Shown here: positions 1 to 11,430 of the stretch, in pieces
Layout of the letters: every line of letters starts with the position of its first letter
Numbering within the stretch: position 1 is the first letter of the stretch
DNA from: Chrysemys picta bellii
Taxonomy: Eukaryota
Assembly (NCBI RefSeq): GCF_011386835.1
Contig: NC_088800.1
Span: forward strand, 86,552,001 to 86,616,000
DNA: 64,000 nt
Direction of reading: 5' to 3'
Made by a program: the position numbers and the translations under genes
The notes under the pieces: model-generated
Told to the model about the DNA's origin: nothing
Databases searched by the model: none
Seen by the model: only the letters and a program-made list of their open reading frames with translations

Positions 1-21
1 TCCAGCACCACGCTGCCTCTC
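1..21 (-). CDS. Uncharacterised CUB-mucin-SEA protein, exon 6 (partial; SEA GSVV motif), continues beyond the window
   Basis: Acceptor ctcctgccccAG at 23-22; phase 2 gives (R)RGSVVL(E/D), the hallmark SEA motif, in frame with exon 5. Confidence 0.75.
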
Positions 22-329
22 CTGGGGCAGGAGCCAGAGAGACGGGTCAGAGCCAAGCCTCGGGAGCAGCCGGTCCCTAGCCGAGCAAGGGGGGGGCTGC
101 ACTGCCTCCCAGCTACCCCTGCTCCTCCACCAGCTGCAGGATCAGAGTCTGACCGGGGGGGGGGGGTGCAGGGGACGCCACGGGCTCTGACCCAAAGTCA
201 CAACAGTGTGACGGCAACACAGGACAAGCCGAAGCCCGAGCTGTGCACTTCCCTCTCCCCACCCTTGCGGGGGTTGCTGCCCGGACCCCTGCTCACGGAC
301 AGGAGCTGGGCTGCCGGGCACGCTCCTAC

Positions 330-388
330 CTGATCCGCGTCACTTCCAGGCGCTGGAATCCCGGCACAGCCGCGAAGAGGGGCGCCAC
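330..388 (-). CDS. Uncharacterised CUB-mucin-SEA protein, exon 5 (SEA domain, middle)
   Basis: Acceptor tttccgtgcacAG, donor AG|GTAGGA; 59 nt, phase 0-2; VAPLFAAVPGFQRLEVTRIR. Confidence 0.8.
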
Positions 389-589
389 CTGTGCACGGAA
401 ACAGGGAGGAGGTGCTTTGTGACGAGATAATTGGCCCCAGCTGCAGGGGACCCCGGTGTCTGAGCCCACAGCCTCCTATGGCGATGGTCACTGGGCAGCG
501 TGCTCCCTGCCCTGCCGCACTACCGCCATTAACCGCCAGGTCAGCGCCCATGCGACAGCCCCGCCCGCCCCAGCGCCCCCCGGACTCAC

Positions 590-702
590 CGTCTCATTGA
601 AACGCTGCACCAGCCTGCGATGCGCATGCGACGCGGGAATCTGGAAGGCGCTAACGAATTCCATCTCCAGCGCGAGTTCACAGGGCACGCGGAGAAGGGT
701 CG
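590..702 (-). CDS. Uncharacterised CUB-mucin-SEA protein, exon 4 (SEA domain, first part)
   Basis: Acceptor gtctcacAG, donor ACG|GTGAGT; 113 nt, phase 1-0; ATLLRVPCELALEMEFVSAFQIPASHAHRRLVQRFNET resembles SEA beta1/helix 1 (F...L.dP.S..y..L). Confidence 0.8.
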
Positions 703-1401
703 CTGTGAGACGAGACACCATCGGGGAAACGGTTACTGCTCCGTGCTCAGCCCACGCCCCGGCCAGCCCTGCATAGGAGCAGCGCCCCGGTTCAGGCTGG
801 CACCAAACACCGAGCTTGGGACAACGGGGAGGGAAGACGTGGGGAAGCGATGGAGAGCGCGGCGCAGGCGCCCGGGCATGGAGCCAGGACGCACAGCGAG
901 TCAGCAGAGCTGTGCCAGGGCTGCACTCACCCCAAAGGCCTCGTGAGCTCCAGACCCCTATTTGCTGCAAGAGGGGCTGTCCCAGCTGGACCCTGAGGGA
1001 TCCCCGTGGACAGCCGGAGTGTGCCCTCGGCATGGCTCAGCACCACTGGGAGCAAACACCCGTGCCCTGCTCTGGGGTCGCCTCACACGGCAGAACCACA
1101 TCCCCGAGTGGGCACCATGGCACGATTGCAGCGGGGGCCTGAGCAGCATGGCACGGGGGGAGCTCCCAGCAGAGGGCTGACATGGTGTCAGGGGCACTGG
1201 CCTGACTGGCCCAGGGCCCCACACTGGCTGTGCCTGGGCCAGAGAACCCGCTACCCCATTCATCCAGCTTTCCCAGTATGCTGCATTTGGACTGCACCAG
1301 CTGCACCCCTGACTGCACGCGACACCCCGTCCCTCTCCCCCGCGGGACGTCCCTGCCCAGACAGCAGCGCAGAAATCCAGGGGAGGCTCTGCCCGACTGA
1401 C

Positions 1402-4032
1402 CTTTGAGAAGAGGGGGCTGGTCTTCCACAACGAACACGCTCTGTGCCCTGCCACGGGCACCCTTGGTGGTGACAGGCGGCGGCTGCCCATCGGTCATCG
1501 CTGCCCTGAGCCGCGTGCTGGCGAAGGAGACATTCATCCTGGCACTGCTCACGGGATCCGTAACCTCTGCACCCCATGCCCTTGGGGTGGCTGCCAGCGG
1601 GGGCCAGGGACTCCTGCTGCCAGCTGGGGACCCAGCGCTCTCAGAGGTTAGTAGCAGCTCTGGGATGGGGGGCGTGGGGCTGAACAGGGCCCCGGTGCTG
1701 CTGCTCGGAAAGCTCCCCCCAGCCCCGCTCGGGGGTGTTGCATCAGTGGCTTGGCTGGAATTCCCCGGTTCAGACCCAGCCTGCGCAGCCCAGGCTGGGG
1801 GGGCCGTTGCCCGCTGGCCCAGCCTCTCGGTCCCTCCCCTCCAGCTTGCAGATGCCCACGAGGACGTTGCCACTGTGGCATTAGTGGTCGCCGTGTCCCA
1901 CGATGGAGACGGGGTGGTGGCCAAGCTGAGCTCTGCGAGTCCCAGGGCAGCAGACCCCGAAACATCCTTCTCTAAGGGGAATGGGGAACTCAGCCCAGCC
2001 CTGGGGGGGTCAAGGGGCGCTGTCGGGCTGAGCGCTGTGGAACCTCTCTGCAGAGTGGCTGCCGGTGTCTCCACTCCAGCAGGCTGGCTGGCTGGCGGAG
2101 GCTGAAAGCCCAGAGGAGTGATGGCTCGCATGGTGCCAGAGCCATAGGGCACGGCTTCCCCACTGGAGGCTCCCGGGAACACTCCCTCCTGAGACGTCAC
2201 TGCCCCGACTGGGGCAGGAGCCAGGGAGAGCTGCTTGGCCCCGGGAGTGTGGGCGACAGGAGGCTGGGAGGATGTGCCCACAGACACAGCCGTACCGGGC
2301 ACGGCTGGGACCGTGCTGCGGGGCTCCCCTGTGCCAGGCACTCGAGACCTCTCAGCAGGAGTTTCGGGGAGCCAGGCGAGAGTCCGGAAGTCACTCGATA
2401 GCCGCTCCAGGGCTGGGGCTGCTGTTGACGAGCTGGGCTCTGGGGCGCGCTCACTGAGACCTCCGTTCTCCTGGCCAGGAGCTGTGGGGTGAGAGACATC
2501 GGCCCCCGTGCTGAGCTGCTCAGCTGGCGCTGGGGGCTGGGCCGAGCCAGGGGATGGGGCAGGTGCTGTGAGGTGGCCCAATGGCCTTGGGGTCCCAGCA
2601 TAGGCACTTGGCGTCCTGTCTGGGGAAGCCCCGGGGAGTGACTCGGCCCAGGACGCTGCCCGAAGGTCCCCCTCTGTGCGCGCCTCACTGGAGAGAGACA
2701 AGTCCATGTTTTCTGGGACTCCATCGACACCTCTGCGCCCTGGGGACTCCTCAGAGCCAGCCTCCACCAGCGTATGGCCCAGGCCCTCCCCAGGCCTGGG
2801 GCTTCCCAGGGGCACCATGCGATGGGTGCTGGAATGGAGTCCTGGAGCAGAGCCAGCTGTTGTGGCGAGCGGCTCTGTCAGGCCGCTGTCTGGGGTGCGC
2901 ACTGGGGTCCCGCTGGTCTCTGGGGCTGGCTTAGCTTTGCCCCCCGGCCGCCAGGTCAGACTCTCCCGGCCGTCTGGCCGCAGAGCAGGTGTCTGGCTGG
3001 TTTCCAGAGAGTCGCCCGGTGTGGAGGCTGCAGCGTGCATGGTGAGCTCCGTCTGTCCTTGCAGCAGGGTGCCAGAGCCCTCCGTGGGGCTCCGCAGCCT
3101 GGCTCCTAGGCCCAGGTCAGTGAAGTCCAACTCCGCAGTAACGGCAGCTTCCCTGTGTGCCGTCCCCAGCCCCCGCATCCCTCCTCCAAAGTGGGCCCCA
3201 TTGTCCCCTGTGCTTGCCCCAGGAGCAGGGCTGGCCACGGGCGCGGAGGTCACTGGCGTCTGTGAGCCCGCAGCACTGCCCCGGCTGGTCTCCGCCCTGG
3301 CTTTACTCAGGGCGAGAGCAACATCCGGCGTTTCCATGCTCCACGGCTCCGGGTCCGAGGGCCCTGTCGTGAGCGCGCTCTCTCCACTGGGGTACACTGG
3401 CTCCGTTACTGCGGAGGTGCTGGAAGGTGCCTGGTCCCATGAAGCCGTCTCGCGGGCGGCAGAGCCAGGAAACACCGTGGGTGACACTATATCGGAGCTG
3501 CTGCCCCCCAGGGAAGTGAGATCTTTTGCCCTCAGGTTTCCCAGAGGGACTGTCCCAGGGAGAGGCACCGACGTGGGATTTGCTGCCTTGAACTGTGACG
3601 CTGCAGAGAACCAGGGGCTGCCGGTGCTTCCAGCCGGCGTCCCCTTTCCTGCAGCAGACGGGCGCATACGCACTCCCGGGTCGCGGGCTTTGTCCCCGTG
3701 CTCAGCAGCTGCTGTAGTGGCCGGTGGCTCCACACGCTCAGCGGTGGCTCCCTCCTGAGCCAGGGGCCCGTTCCTCCGCCTGCCCAGCCACGCCCCTCGG
3801 GGCACGGGGGCAGCGTTACTCAGCGCCTCTCCGGGGCTCTCTGCAGTGCCGGCAGGCCAGGCCGCAGGGCTCTGGTGGGGAGCAAGGCTAGGGCGAGTGC
3901 CCGGGGCCGCGGTGCTGGGGCTGCGGAGACGCTCGGCAGCTCCAGATAACACAGCCCCCCTCAGCTTCACCGTGGCCTCTCGTGACGCCACCTGCCCAAC
4001 ACCTTCCCGCAGAGACTCCAGGGCATCCACAC
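1402..4032 (-). CDS. Uncharacterised CUB-mucin-SEA protein, exon 3 (877-codon Ser/Thr/Pro/Ala-rich mucin-like stalk)
   Basis: Acceptor ctctccactcAG at 4034-4033, donor AAAG|GTCAGT at 1401; 2631 nt open, phase 1-1; lies within ORF 1037..4030; low complexity, non-repetitive, ends VFVVEDQPPLLK. Confidence 0.8.
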
Positions 4033-7000
4033 CTGAGTGGAGAGAGGCAACGACGGGGAGACAGTTGAGGCAGAGCTATGAGCCCAAGGGGGACTGAAAT
4101 GCTTTTACTAGCCCCAGGCTTGGAGTCAGGACTCCTGGGTTCTCAGCCTGCCCCCGGCCTGAGAGTGACTCGCTGCGACACCTGGGGCAAGGCAATTCCC
4201 CTCTCTGTAAGGTGGGGACTCAGGCCTGGCCCCACCTCCCGGGGCACACGGGATGAGTCGCTGGGGAAGGTCTGCAGAGCGCAGCTTCCACGGGCTGGAA
4301 ATGTTCCATACTCCGCTCGGCCACACGGCCCCTGAGTGCAGCGAGGGGCACAGAGCAGGGCAGGCCGGGGAGCCGGGAAGGTCTGAGCTGCGAACGCTGA
4401 GTCAGGCTATGCCAGTGCTGCGTTCCCCATCTCCCAGCGGGGCTGAGTCCAGAGAGAGCAGAACCCAGCGATGCCCCATATACCCAGGAGGGAGCTGGAT
4501 CTCACCATGGCCATACAGCCCTACAGCTCTCTGGGCCTCAGCTCCGGGATAGGGGCGAGGAACAGGAGAAAACCCAGCCCCAGCCCAGGGGCCTCTGCAC
4601 ACTCTGCCTGGGCCCCGGTCAGGAGACGAACCCGGCCGAGAGGTGGGAAATGCACATGGAAAGGCCGGACCAGCCTTTCGGGCTGGCTGACTGACACGAC
4701 TAGCATGAGGTAGGGTGGGGTGACTGGAGGGAGCATCCAACCCCCTCCCAGGGAGAGCGGGACCATCTCCCCCAGCTCCAGGGGTGAGAATAAGGTTCCC
4801 TAGAATCAGAACCCGCCTGGCTCCCTGCGACTTCCCCCCCGTCCCATCACCTAGCGCCTAGGCAGAGCCTTTACCTGTCCGGCAGCGTTCCCCCGTTGAG
4901 TTCCCAGGGCAGAGACAGGTCTGTGCCGATCCCACCACGGAGCAGCAAAGGGCCAGCCGAGCACACCAATCCACAACCACTGGGAGGAGAGAGAGAGCGG
5001 GCACAGCTCATACCCTGGGTCCCCTCCCGCGAGACAGCGCAGAGAGCTCTGCACCCAGCTGCATGTGTAACAGCCCAGGATGCGCCGGAGGCAGGCCAGG
5101 TAACACACACCAGCCCGTCAGAGGCAGTGCTGGCCGACGTGCCCCACATGATGGCTCCCCAGCGCGGTGTCTCGGCCTGCCAGGCTCTGAGGGGCACTCC
5201 CCCAAGCAGGGCTGGCCAGGATGTGGGCCATGCAAGCGCTCAAGTGCCTTCCTTTTAATAACCAAACAAGCAGGCCACGATGGGGCCTGGGACACCAGAG
5301 TGACAAGGGGGACTCACACACTCACCTCCCCGACCGAGACCCGACAAGCTCCCGATGTCGAAACGCTGACGGGCATGGGACGCGGGACGGGCGCTGCCTC
5401 TCTGGCTGAGACAGACAAAACCCAACCCGCGTGTATTGTTCACACGCCGCAGAGCGCGCTGCGGTATTTGCCACATGGAGAGCGCTGCATAAAGGCCTCG
5501 TCTCCCAAGCCTCAAAAAGTACTCGCATTGGCCAATTATTAACAAGCCCTCCCCTGCCAAAGCCCAAATCTCCAAGAGAACAAAGCCAAGCCAAGCTGGG
5601 TGTCCCCACCTACCCCCAGCCCAGAGCAGCCGCATTGCTATGGCGATGGGTCTGGGGTGCGGTCTGGAGGATGATATAAGCACTAGTGGTCCTGGCAAGG
5701 AGACACGTTCGCTGTGGCCGGGAGCAGACTCTGGCCAAGCGCCTCTCAGCACCGGAAGGAACAAGGGGCATGACCGAGGAAAGGCCCGAGTGCACCCTGC
5801 CTCGTGACCCAGCTGGGGGGGCGGGGGGGCAGCTTTGACTAGGGACTGCAACAGGAATCCAGAGCCAGGCAGCGCTAGTGGGGAGGGCGATGCAGCTCCC
5901 CACACTGAAATCATGCTGCAGCAGGAGAGACCTGGGTGGCAACATGCTCTGGATGCAATAATGCTCAGTGCAGCCGTTCCCAAGCTGGGGGTCGCACCCC
6001 AAAACGAGGCTGCTGGGCCATTCAAATGTTTCCATTTTCCTCTCAAGCAATCCAAGCGCTTTCAAGTGCCGCCCCCTCATCCTGGCCAATGGGAAGCAAT
6101 TCCCGAATTCGCACCGCCCCAGCGCCAGCTCATTAGCCTTTGCCAGTATCTTGGGTCACCTGTCTTCTGTTGGGCACAAGCAACACGAGTGTTGGTCTGG
6201 CTTCACTGGCGCACTCCCGTCACCCCACGGGGGTAAAACCAGACACCGGCACTGGTGCTGGCAGGACTGGGGCGCTGGTTTGTTCTACCTGCAAGGCTTT
6301 CCTAATTCAAGTTCTGCCCGGGGCTGTGACAGATTCCAGCTCAAAGGAGGTGACGATTGTGCAGTCTGAGCCAAGCATTGGCAGTGAGCACACTATCAGC
6401 ATTAGATAAATACAGAAGAATATCGTTGTACAATGGCCAGAATAGCCCCCTGGTCTCTCTCTGTTTTCCTAACTACTTCATTTCTGCAAACCCAAGACCC
6501 CTCCCCCGGCTCTCACCACCCCAGCAGCTCAGGGCGTTTCTTTGCCCAAAAACCAATCGAGCCCTTTTTCAATGTGCAAAAAGTCCTTTTTCTGTCGCTC
6601 CTTTGCTTTATGCAACCAGTCACTTGGGAATTTAACTCTTTGCAGCATCTGGTTTCATAGAAAGCCATTTCCTGTGAAAGGAAAACCTGAGGCTTGGTTC
6701 AAAATCCAGCTGGAACTCACCAAAACTACCATGAATAAATAACAGAAACCTCTGAACCCAAACTCCTGCGTTACCTGAATGTAGGTCACATGGTGGGGAT
6801 AGCCTCACTGACACAGAACACTCCCATTTATCCAAATAAACTCCATGTCCCCCATTTCATTCAGATAACGAGCTAACGCGCCCATGTAACACACACACAA
6901 ATGATACAATCGCACCATACAAAAGATGGGGCCTAGATCACCTGATGAGTGCAGGCTATACGCCTATTCGCTCACAGGGCATCACGGGAAGCATGTCTGT

Positions 7001-7978
7001 GACAGCATTTTGCACAGCCCATGTGCATAGCTCAAGCCAAAGCAGACACACTGATTGACATTTACTGCAATGAAAGTCAGCGTCCGTATTTCCCAAACAC
7101 ACCAAATAAAAGCAGGGACTTTCGGCACGAGTCTGCAACAATTTTTCTCAGAAACAACAGGAATCAGACACTCTCCCTGGGGACAGATTACAGGAAATTT
7201 TCTCTCAGGGCAAATAATCTCTCCCTGGGCATATAAGTGCCTTTTGCAGCATTTCTTGCCATTTCCTCTGAAGCATGTGGTACTGGCCACTGCCAGAAGC
7301 AAGATACCAGGATAGGTGGAGTGCGGGTCTATGCTATTATTATTTAGCCTGTGAAAGGACAGAGCTGAAATCTAACATGAAACCCCCAGGCTACAATTTA
7401 AAAACAGCAGAGAATGTTCTTTTTAAGTCAATTCCTTCTCCCCATGCACACAGTCTAGCAGACTGCATGCAGCACAGGCTTCACTATAGGTCAGGCTTTG
7501 TCTACACAAAGAAAGTTGCACCAGTTTAAGTCACACTGGTTTGTAAATGGTTTTAGTTAAACCAGTCCATATCCCTCTGGGCGTTCCCTTATTGCTGTTT
7601 AAGGGTGACTTGTGCTGGTTAGTTTAAACCGAAGCCTAAACAGAGAGAAACCTGATTTAAACCGGAATAAGTGTCCACATGGCCTTTGGCACTGGTTTAC
7701 CTAAGTCAGCTTTAAAATCACACCCAGCTAAACCAGTGCAGCGTTCTGCATTCACCTCCCTCTTGTCCATAATCACAAAGCACCTGCCTCCCCACTAGCA
7801 CCACACCCCCACAGTGACATTCACTCTTGCCACTAACCCCGTTTTACACCCTTGCTGTAGCCGGTTTGCTCCTCAGGGCAGGGACTGGCATTGCGGTGCC
7901 TTGCACATGCTCGGCCTGGGTGCAGTAGAAAGGTCGGGCCAAGTGGAAACGGCTCCAGAGTCTCTGAATGGTTCTTAC

Positions 7979-8314
7979 CCCAGTAAGTGAAAGTGAGACT
8001 GGAATCCAGGCTCCCTCTGATCACGGTTCTGCCCTGTCCCTTCAGAAGAAAGCTGTGGGCAATGTCCACGGGCCCCTCCCTGCCGGCCCCTTCCCCTTCA
8101 AAGCGCACACTGAGGTTGGGATGAGCAGCCGCCTCCGGGGCTTTGATTTCCAGGCGTACTTCCTCGGAGGGCAGCGCTGCTATCACCCAGGTGCAGGTTC
8201 TGGTGGGTGCCGGAGGGCCCTTGGCTGCTGGTAAGTGGATGGTCCCATTAGCTGCTCTGGTCACGTCTATGACGCCTCCACAGCTCTCACGGTCCTCCAA
8301 AGAGCCGGCACCCC
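7979..8314 (-). CDS. Uncharacterised CUB-mucin-SEA protein, exon 2 (CUB-like domain)
   Basis: Acceptor ttttcgcttctAG, donor G|GTAAGA; 336 nt, symmetric phase 1-1; translation SCGGVIDV..NGTIHL..RTCTWVIAA...VRLEI fits the CUB pattern CGG..G.I...C.W.I....V.L (only the first Cys pair is present). Confidence 0.75.
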
Positions 8315-8350
8315 CTAGAAGCGAAAATCAAGTCTTGGTCAAAGGCTTCT

Positions 8351-8749
8351 GGCTCCCGGGGGGCACCACCCATGGGTGCCAGCCGCCCCCTCGCTGCGGG
8401 AGCATCCCCCGGACCAGGCTCCCGGGGGGGCACCACCCATGGGTGCCAGCCGCCCCCTCGCTGCAGGAGCATCCCCCGGACCAGGCTCCCGGGGGGGCAC
8501 CACCCATGGGTGCCAGCCGCCCCCTCGCTGCAGGAGCATCCCCCGGACCAGGCTCCCGGGGGGCACCACCCATGGGTGCCAGCCGCCCCCTCGCTGCGGG
8601 AGCATCCCCCGGACCAGGCTCCCGGGGGGGCACCACCCATGGGTGCCAGCCACCCCCTCGCTGCAGGAGCATCCCCCGGACCAGGCTCCCAGAGGGCACC
8701 ACCCATGGGTGCCAGCCACCCCCTCGCTGCGGGAGCATCCCCCGGACCA
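8351..8749. repeat. Minisatellite, 6 copies of a 66-67 bp unit in intron 1 of the CUB-mucin-SEA gene
   Basis: Units start at 8351, 8417, 8484, 8551, 8617 and 8684; unit GGCTCCCG(n)CACCACCCATGGGTGCCAGCCGCCCCCTCGCTGCRGGAGCATCCCCCGGACCA. Confidence 0.95.
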
Positions 8750-9080
8750 AGCCGCCCTGCAGAGGCGGGGCCGGGCCGGGCCCCGAGCTGAGCCCCCCGC
8801 AGCCCTGCGAGCCCCACGCCCCGGGCCGAGCAGCAGCCCGGCCGGGGGGGCGAGCGACGGTCCCCGGAGCCGGCCCGGCTCTCACCCGCCGCGCCCAGCA
8901 GCGCCAGGAGCGGGAGGAGGCTGCCCATGCTGCCCGCGGGCGGAGCGCTCGGCGCCGGCTGCCGGGAGCGCGGAGGCGGCCGCTGCCTGGAGCCGGCGGC
9001 AGGAAACCCCCCGCCCTGGCCCTGGCCCTGGCCCCCCGCCGCGGCGGCACCGGGCACGGAACCGCGGACACAGCGCAGCC
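8750..9080 (-). promoter_or_regulatory. CpG island / probable promoter and exon 1 of the CUB-mucin-SEA gene
   Basis: Very high GC and CpG density around ATG 8928. Confidence 0.6.
8886..8928 (-). CDS. Uncharacterised CUB-mucin-SEA protein, coding exon 1 (signal peptide MGSLLPLLALLGAA-G)
   Basis: ATG at 8928 inside a CpG island; Leu-rich hydrophobic N-terminus; donor G|GTGAG at 8885; 43 nt, ending in phase 1, which matches the next exon. Confidence 0.8.
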
Positions 9081-9470
9081 CCCCCGGTGCACCCCAAACC
9101 CCGCCCCCAGGCCCCACAAACCCCGCACTGCCCCGCCCCCAAGCCCCGCCCCGGGGCACCCCAAACCCCGCCCCCAGGCCCCCAGACCCTCACTGCCCCG
9201 CCCCCCAGACCCGCCCCGGGGCACCCCAAACCCAGACCCCAGACCCCAGACCCGCACTGCCCCGCCCCCCAGACCCGCCCCGGGGCACCCCAAACCCAGA
9301 CCCCAGACCCGCACTGCCCCGCCCCGGGGCACCCCAAACCCCGCCCCCAGACCCGCACTGCCCCGCCCCCCAGACCCGCCCCGGGGCACCCCAAACCCCG
9401 CCCCCCAGACCCGCCCCGGTGCACCCCAAACCTCGCCCCCAGGCCCCACAAACCCCGCACTGTCCCGCCC
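9081..9470. repeat. C-rich composite minisatellite upstream of the CUB-mucin-SEA gene
   Basis: 7 copies of the core GCACCCCAAACC with variable CCCCAGACCC/CGCACTGCCCCG modules; near-identical ~58 bp units at both ends. Confidence 0.9.
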
Positions 9471-10890
9471 CTCCCCAACCCCCCCACAGCCCCTCCGAAC
9501 TCCCTTCCATAAACAGCCCCACCCCAATGCACCCCTAAGCCCCCCATCCACAATCCCCTCAAATGCACCCCCCACTGCCCCAGAATGAATCTCACCACAC
9601 ACACCACAACACACACATTCTACAGAACACGTACGGTGCCATCCTCAACCAGGCAGAGCCACACAACACACTAGGCAAAGAGACCACTGCCCATTAGACA
9701 GACACTCCACAACCCAAACAAATACCATGCGAGGGAACCACACCCCTAGCCCATAAAAACCAGGCTTTTGCACTGTGCAAAAACACACAAACACAGGCAA
9801 GCCGCATACACGTTGTGCAAACGTCCCCCCACAGAAATCACACGGTGTGGGTCAAGGTCTCTGCCACTCTGTAGAAACGCCTAGATACAAAACCCCGTTA
9901 GATGGCCCCAATACAGGCAAAGAGCAGACTCCAAAGGCAGGTTCAGATGCACAGAAATGGCAAATGCAGCCATTTGAAAATCATAAATCAGGCTCCCAAC
10001 ATCATGATTTGAAATGTAAGTGTGGAGATTTTTATTTGCCTTCTAGTGTGCGGCATTAGGGTGTGTTCAGGTCACAGGTCACATTTTTCAAGATGTTATT
10101 TACAATCCAAAGGACTAGAAACTTACCTGTTCAAAAAGGAGATAGTCACTTGATTCTGGGAGCTACACACACTGTCCACAGCAGAAAACCCTCTTCAATG
10201 CAACACGAGACACACACTAGCAATCTAGTATCTTGGTGGGGAGCTTAGCATTTACCTCACATTCTGCTACAGCAAAGGCCTCTCCCTAAAGAACTAATGC
10301 CAACAGGAACAGACATTAGGTTTTGCAAACGGAAGCTTCAACTAACATGGAACAACTCAGGGGTTTGACAGCGGGCTGTGAACTCTTCCACCTACAGGTG
10401 TTGCCAATCCAAAAGTGGACCAGGGTCCAGGAGACTGAAAATTGCTATTGTCTGATGGCTGTTCGGTGGGGATCTCAGTGCAGCACCAAGCGTGCACATC
10501 ACAATTAGCACCCAGAGCCTGCTGGCAGTCTCAGCTGTGACGGTGGTAGACGTTTCATGCCACTGGTAGGGTAGGCTTTGGCTCTGTTCAGAATTGCACT
10601 AGTTCAACTCCAAATCTGTTTAAAATCCAATTGTATGAAACTGGTGCAAAACCCTGTGTGGGCACTGAGTTGAGTTAAATTGCTATACACCAACGTTTAA
10701 ATCAAATTTAAAGTGTCCACACAAGGTTTTGTTTCAGTTTAATTCAATCACTTTAAAAATCACCCCTTTAGTTAAGGTGGTGAAACCAACTACAGACAAG
10801 GTTGTCTGCTCTCCCCTGGAATGTAGGCATCACTCTACCAAGTCGCCCCTGGGTCGAGCTTCCAGTGCCCAACACTGGCTAGCACTAGAT

Positions 10891-11085
10891 CAGGGGTTCT
10901 CAAACTGGGGGTCAGGACCCCTCAGGGGGTCGCAAGGTTATCTGGGGGGTTGCGAGCTGTCAGCCTGCACCCCAAAGCCCACTTTGCCGCCAGCATTTAT
11001 AATGGTGTTAAATATATAAAGAAGCGTTTTTAATTTATTAGGGGGGTCGCACTCAGAGGCTTGCTATATGAAAGGGGTCACCAGT
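10891..11085 (+). mobile_element. hAT-type non-autonomous DNA transposon (MITE), right end missing
   Basis: Left TIR CAGGGGTTCTCAAAC; body similar to the copies at 13168 and 55329. Confidence 0.75.
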
Positions 11086-11089
11086 CCAT

Positions 11090-11430
11090 AGATGCTTCCA
11101 AGGAAGGTGCAAGAAACCCCCTAGCGGACAGCTACAGAATAACCTGCCCAGGGGGAAGTTTATTTCCAAACTTCGGGTTAATTTATCCCACAAAGTGTGA
11201 GGCGTTGAAGTCCTGAAGTGTATCGTGTCTAACGGAACGGTGGTTGAGATTAGCTATCCATGTACACACCCACTCATTCTTTAAAATCCCCTTGCATTAT
11301 TCACCTCCTCTAGCTTGTGGAAATGGATTCCACAGGTTAATTTTGTGGTGTGTCAAAAGTATTTATTTCTATCCATTTGAGATTGGTTGCCTTTCAATCT
11401 GAAATCCCCTCACTCTTGTATTATGAGAGA
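11090..11430 (-). mobile_element. Old CR1 LINE 3' fragment (degenerate)
   Basis: Resembles the ORF2 3' end / 3' UTR of the other CR1 copies (ggaaatggattccacaggttaatt...gtcaaaagtattt). Confidence 0.45.

Noticed and set aside
2676-3758. 360-aa plus-strand ORF antisense to the mucin exon
   Set aside because: Expected shadow ORF of a GC-rich coding exon; no splice or domain signal
8351-8749. CRISPR-like regularly repeated units with palindromes
   Set aside because: No unique spacers, units are directly tandem, and the context is a vertebrate intron; this is a minisatellite
8143-9616. Stack of long overlapping Pro/Gly/Arg-rich ORFs in all six frames
   Set aside because: Produced by GC-rich minisatellites lacking stop codons; only 8886-8928 and 7979-8314 have splice and phase support
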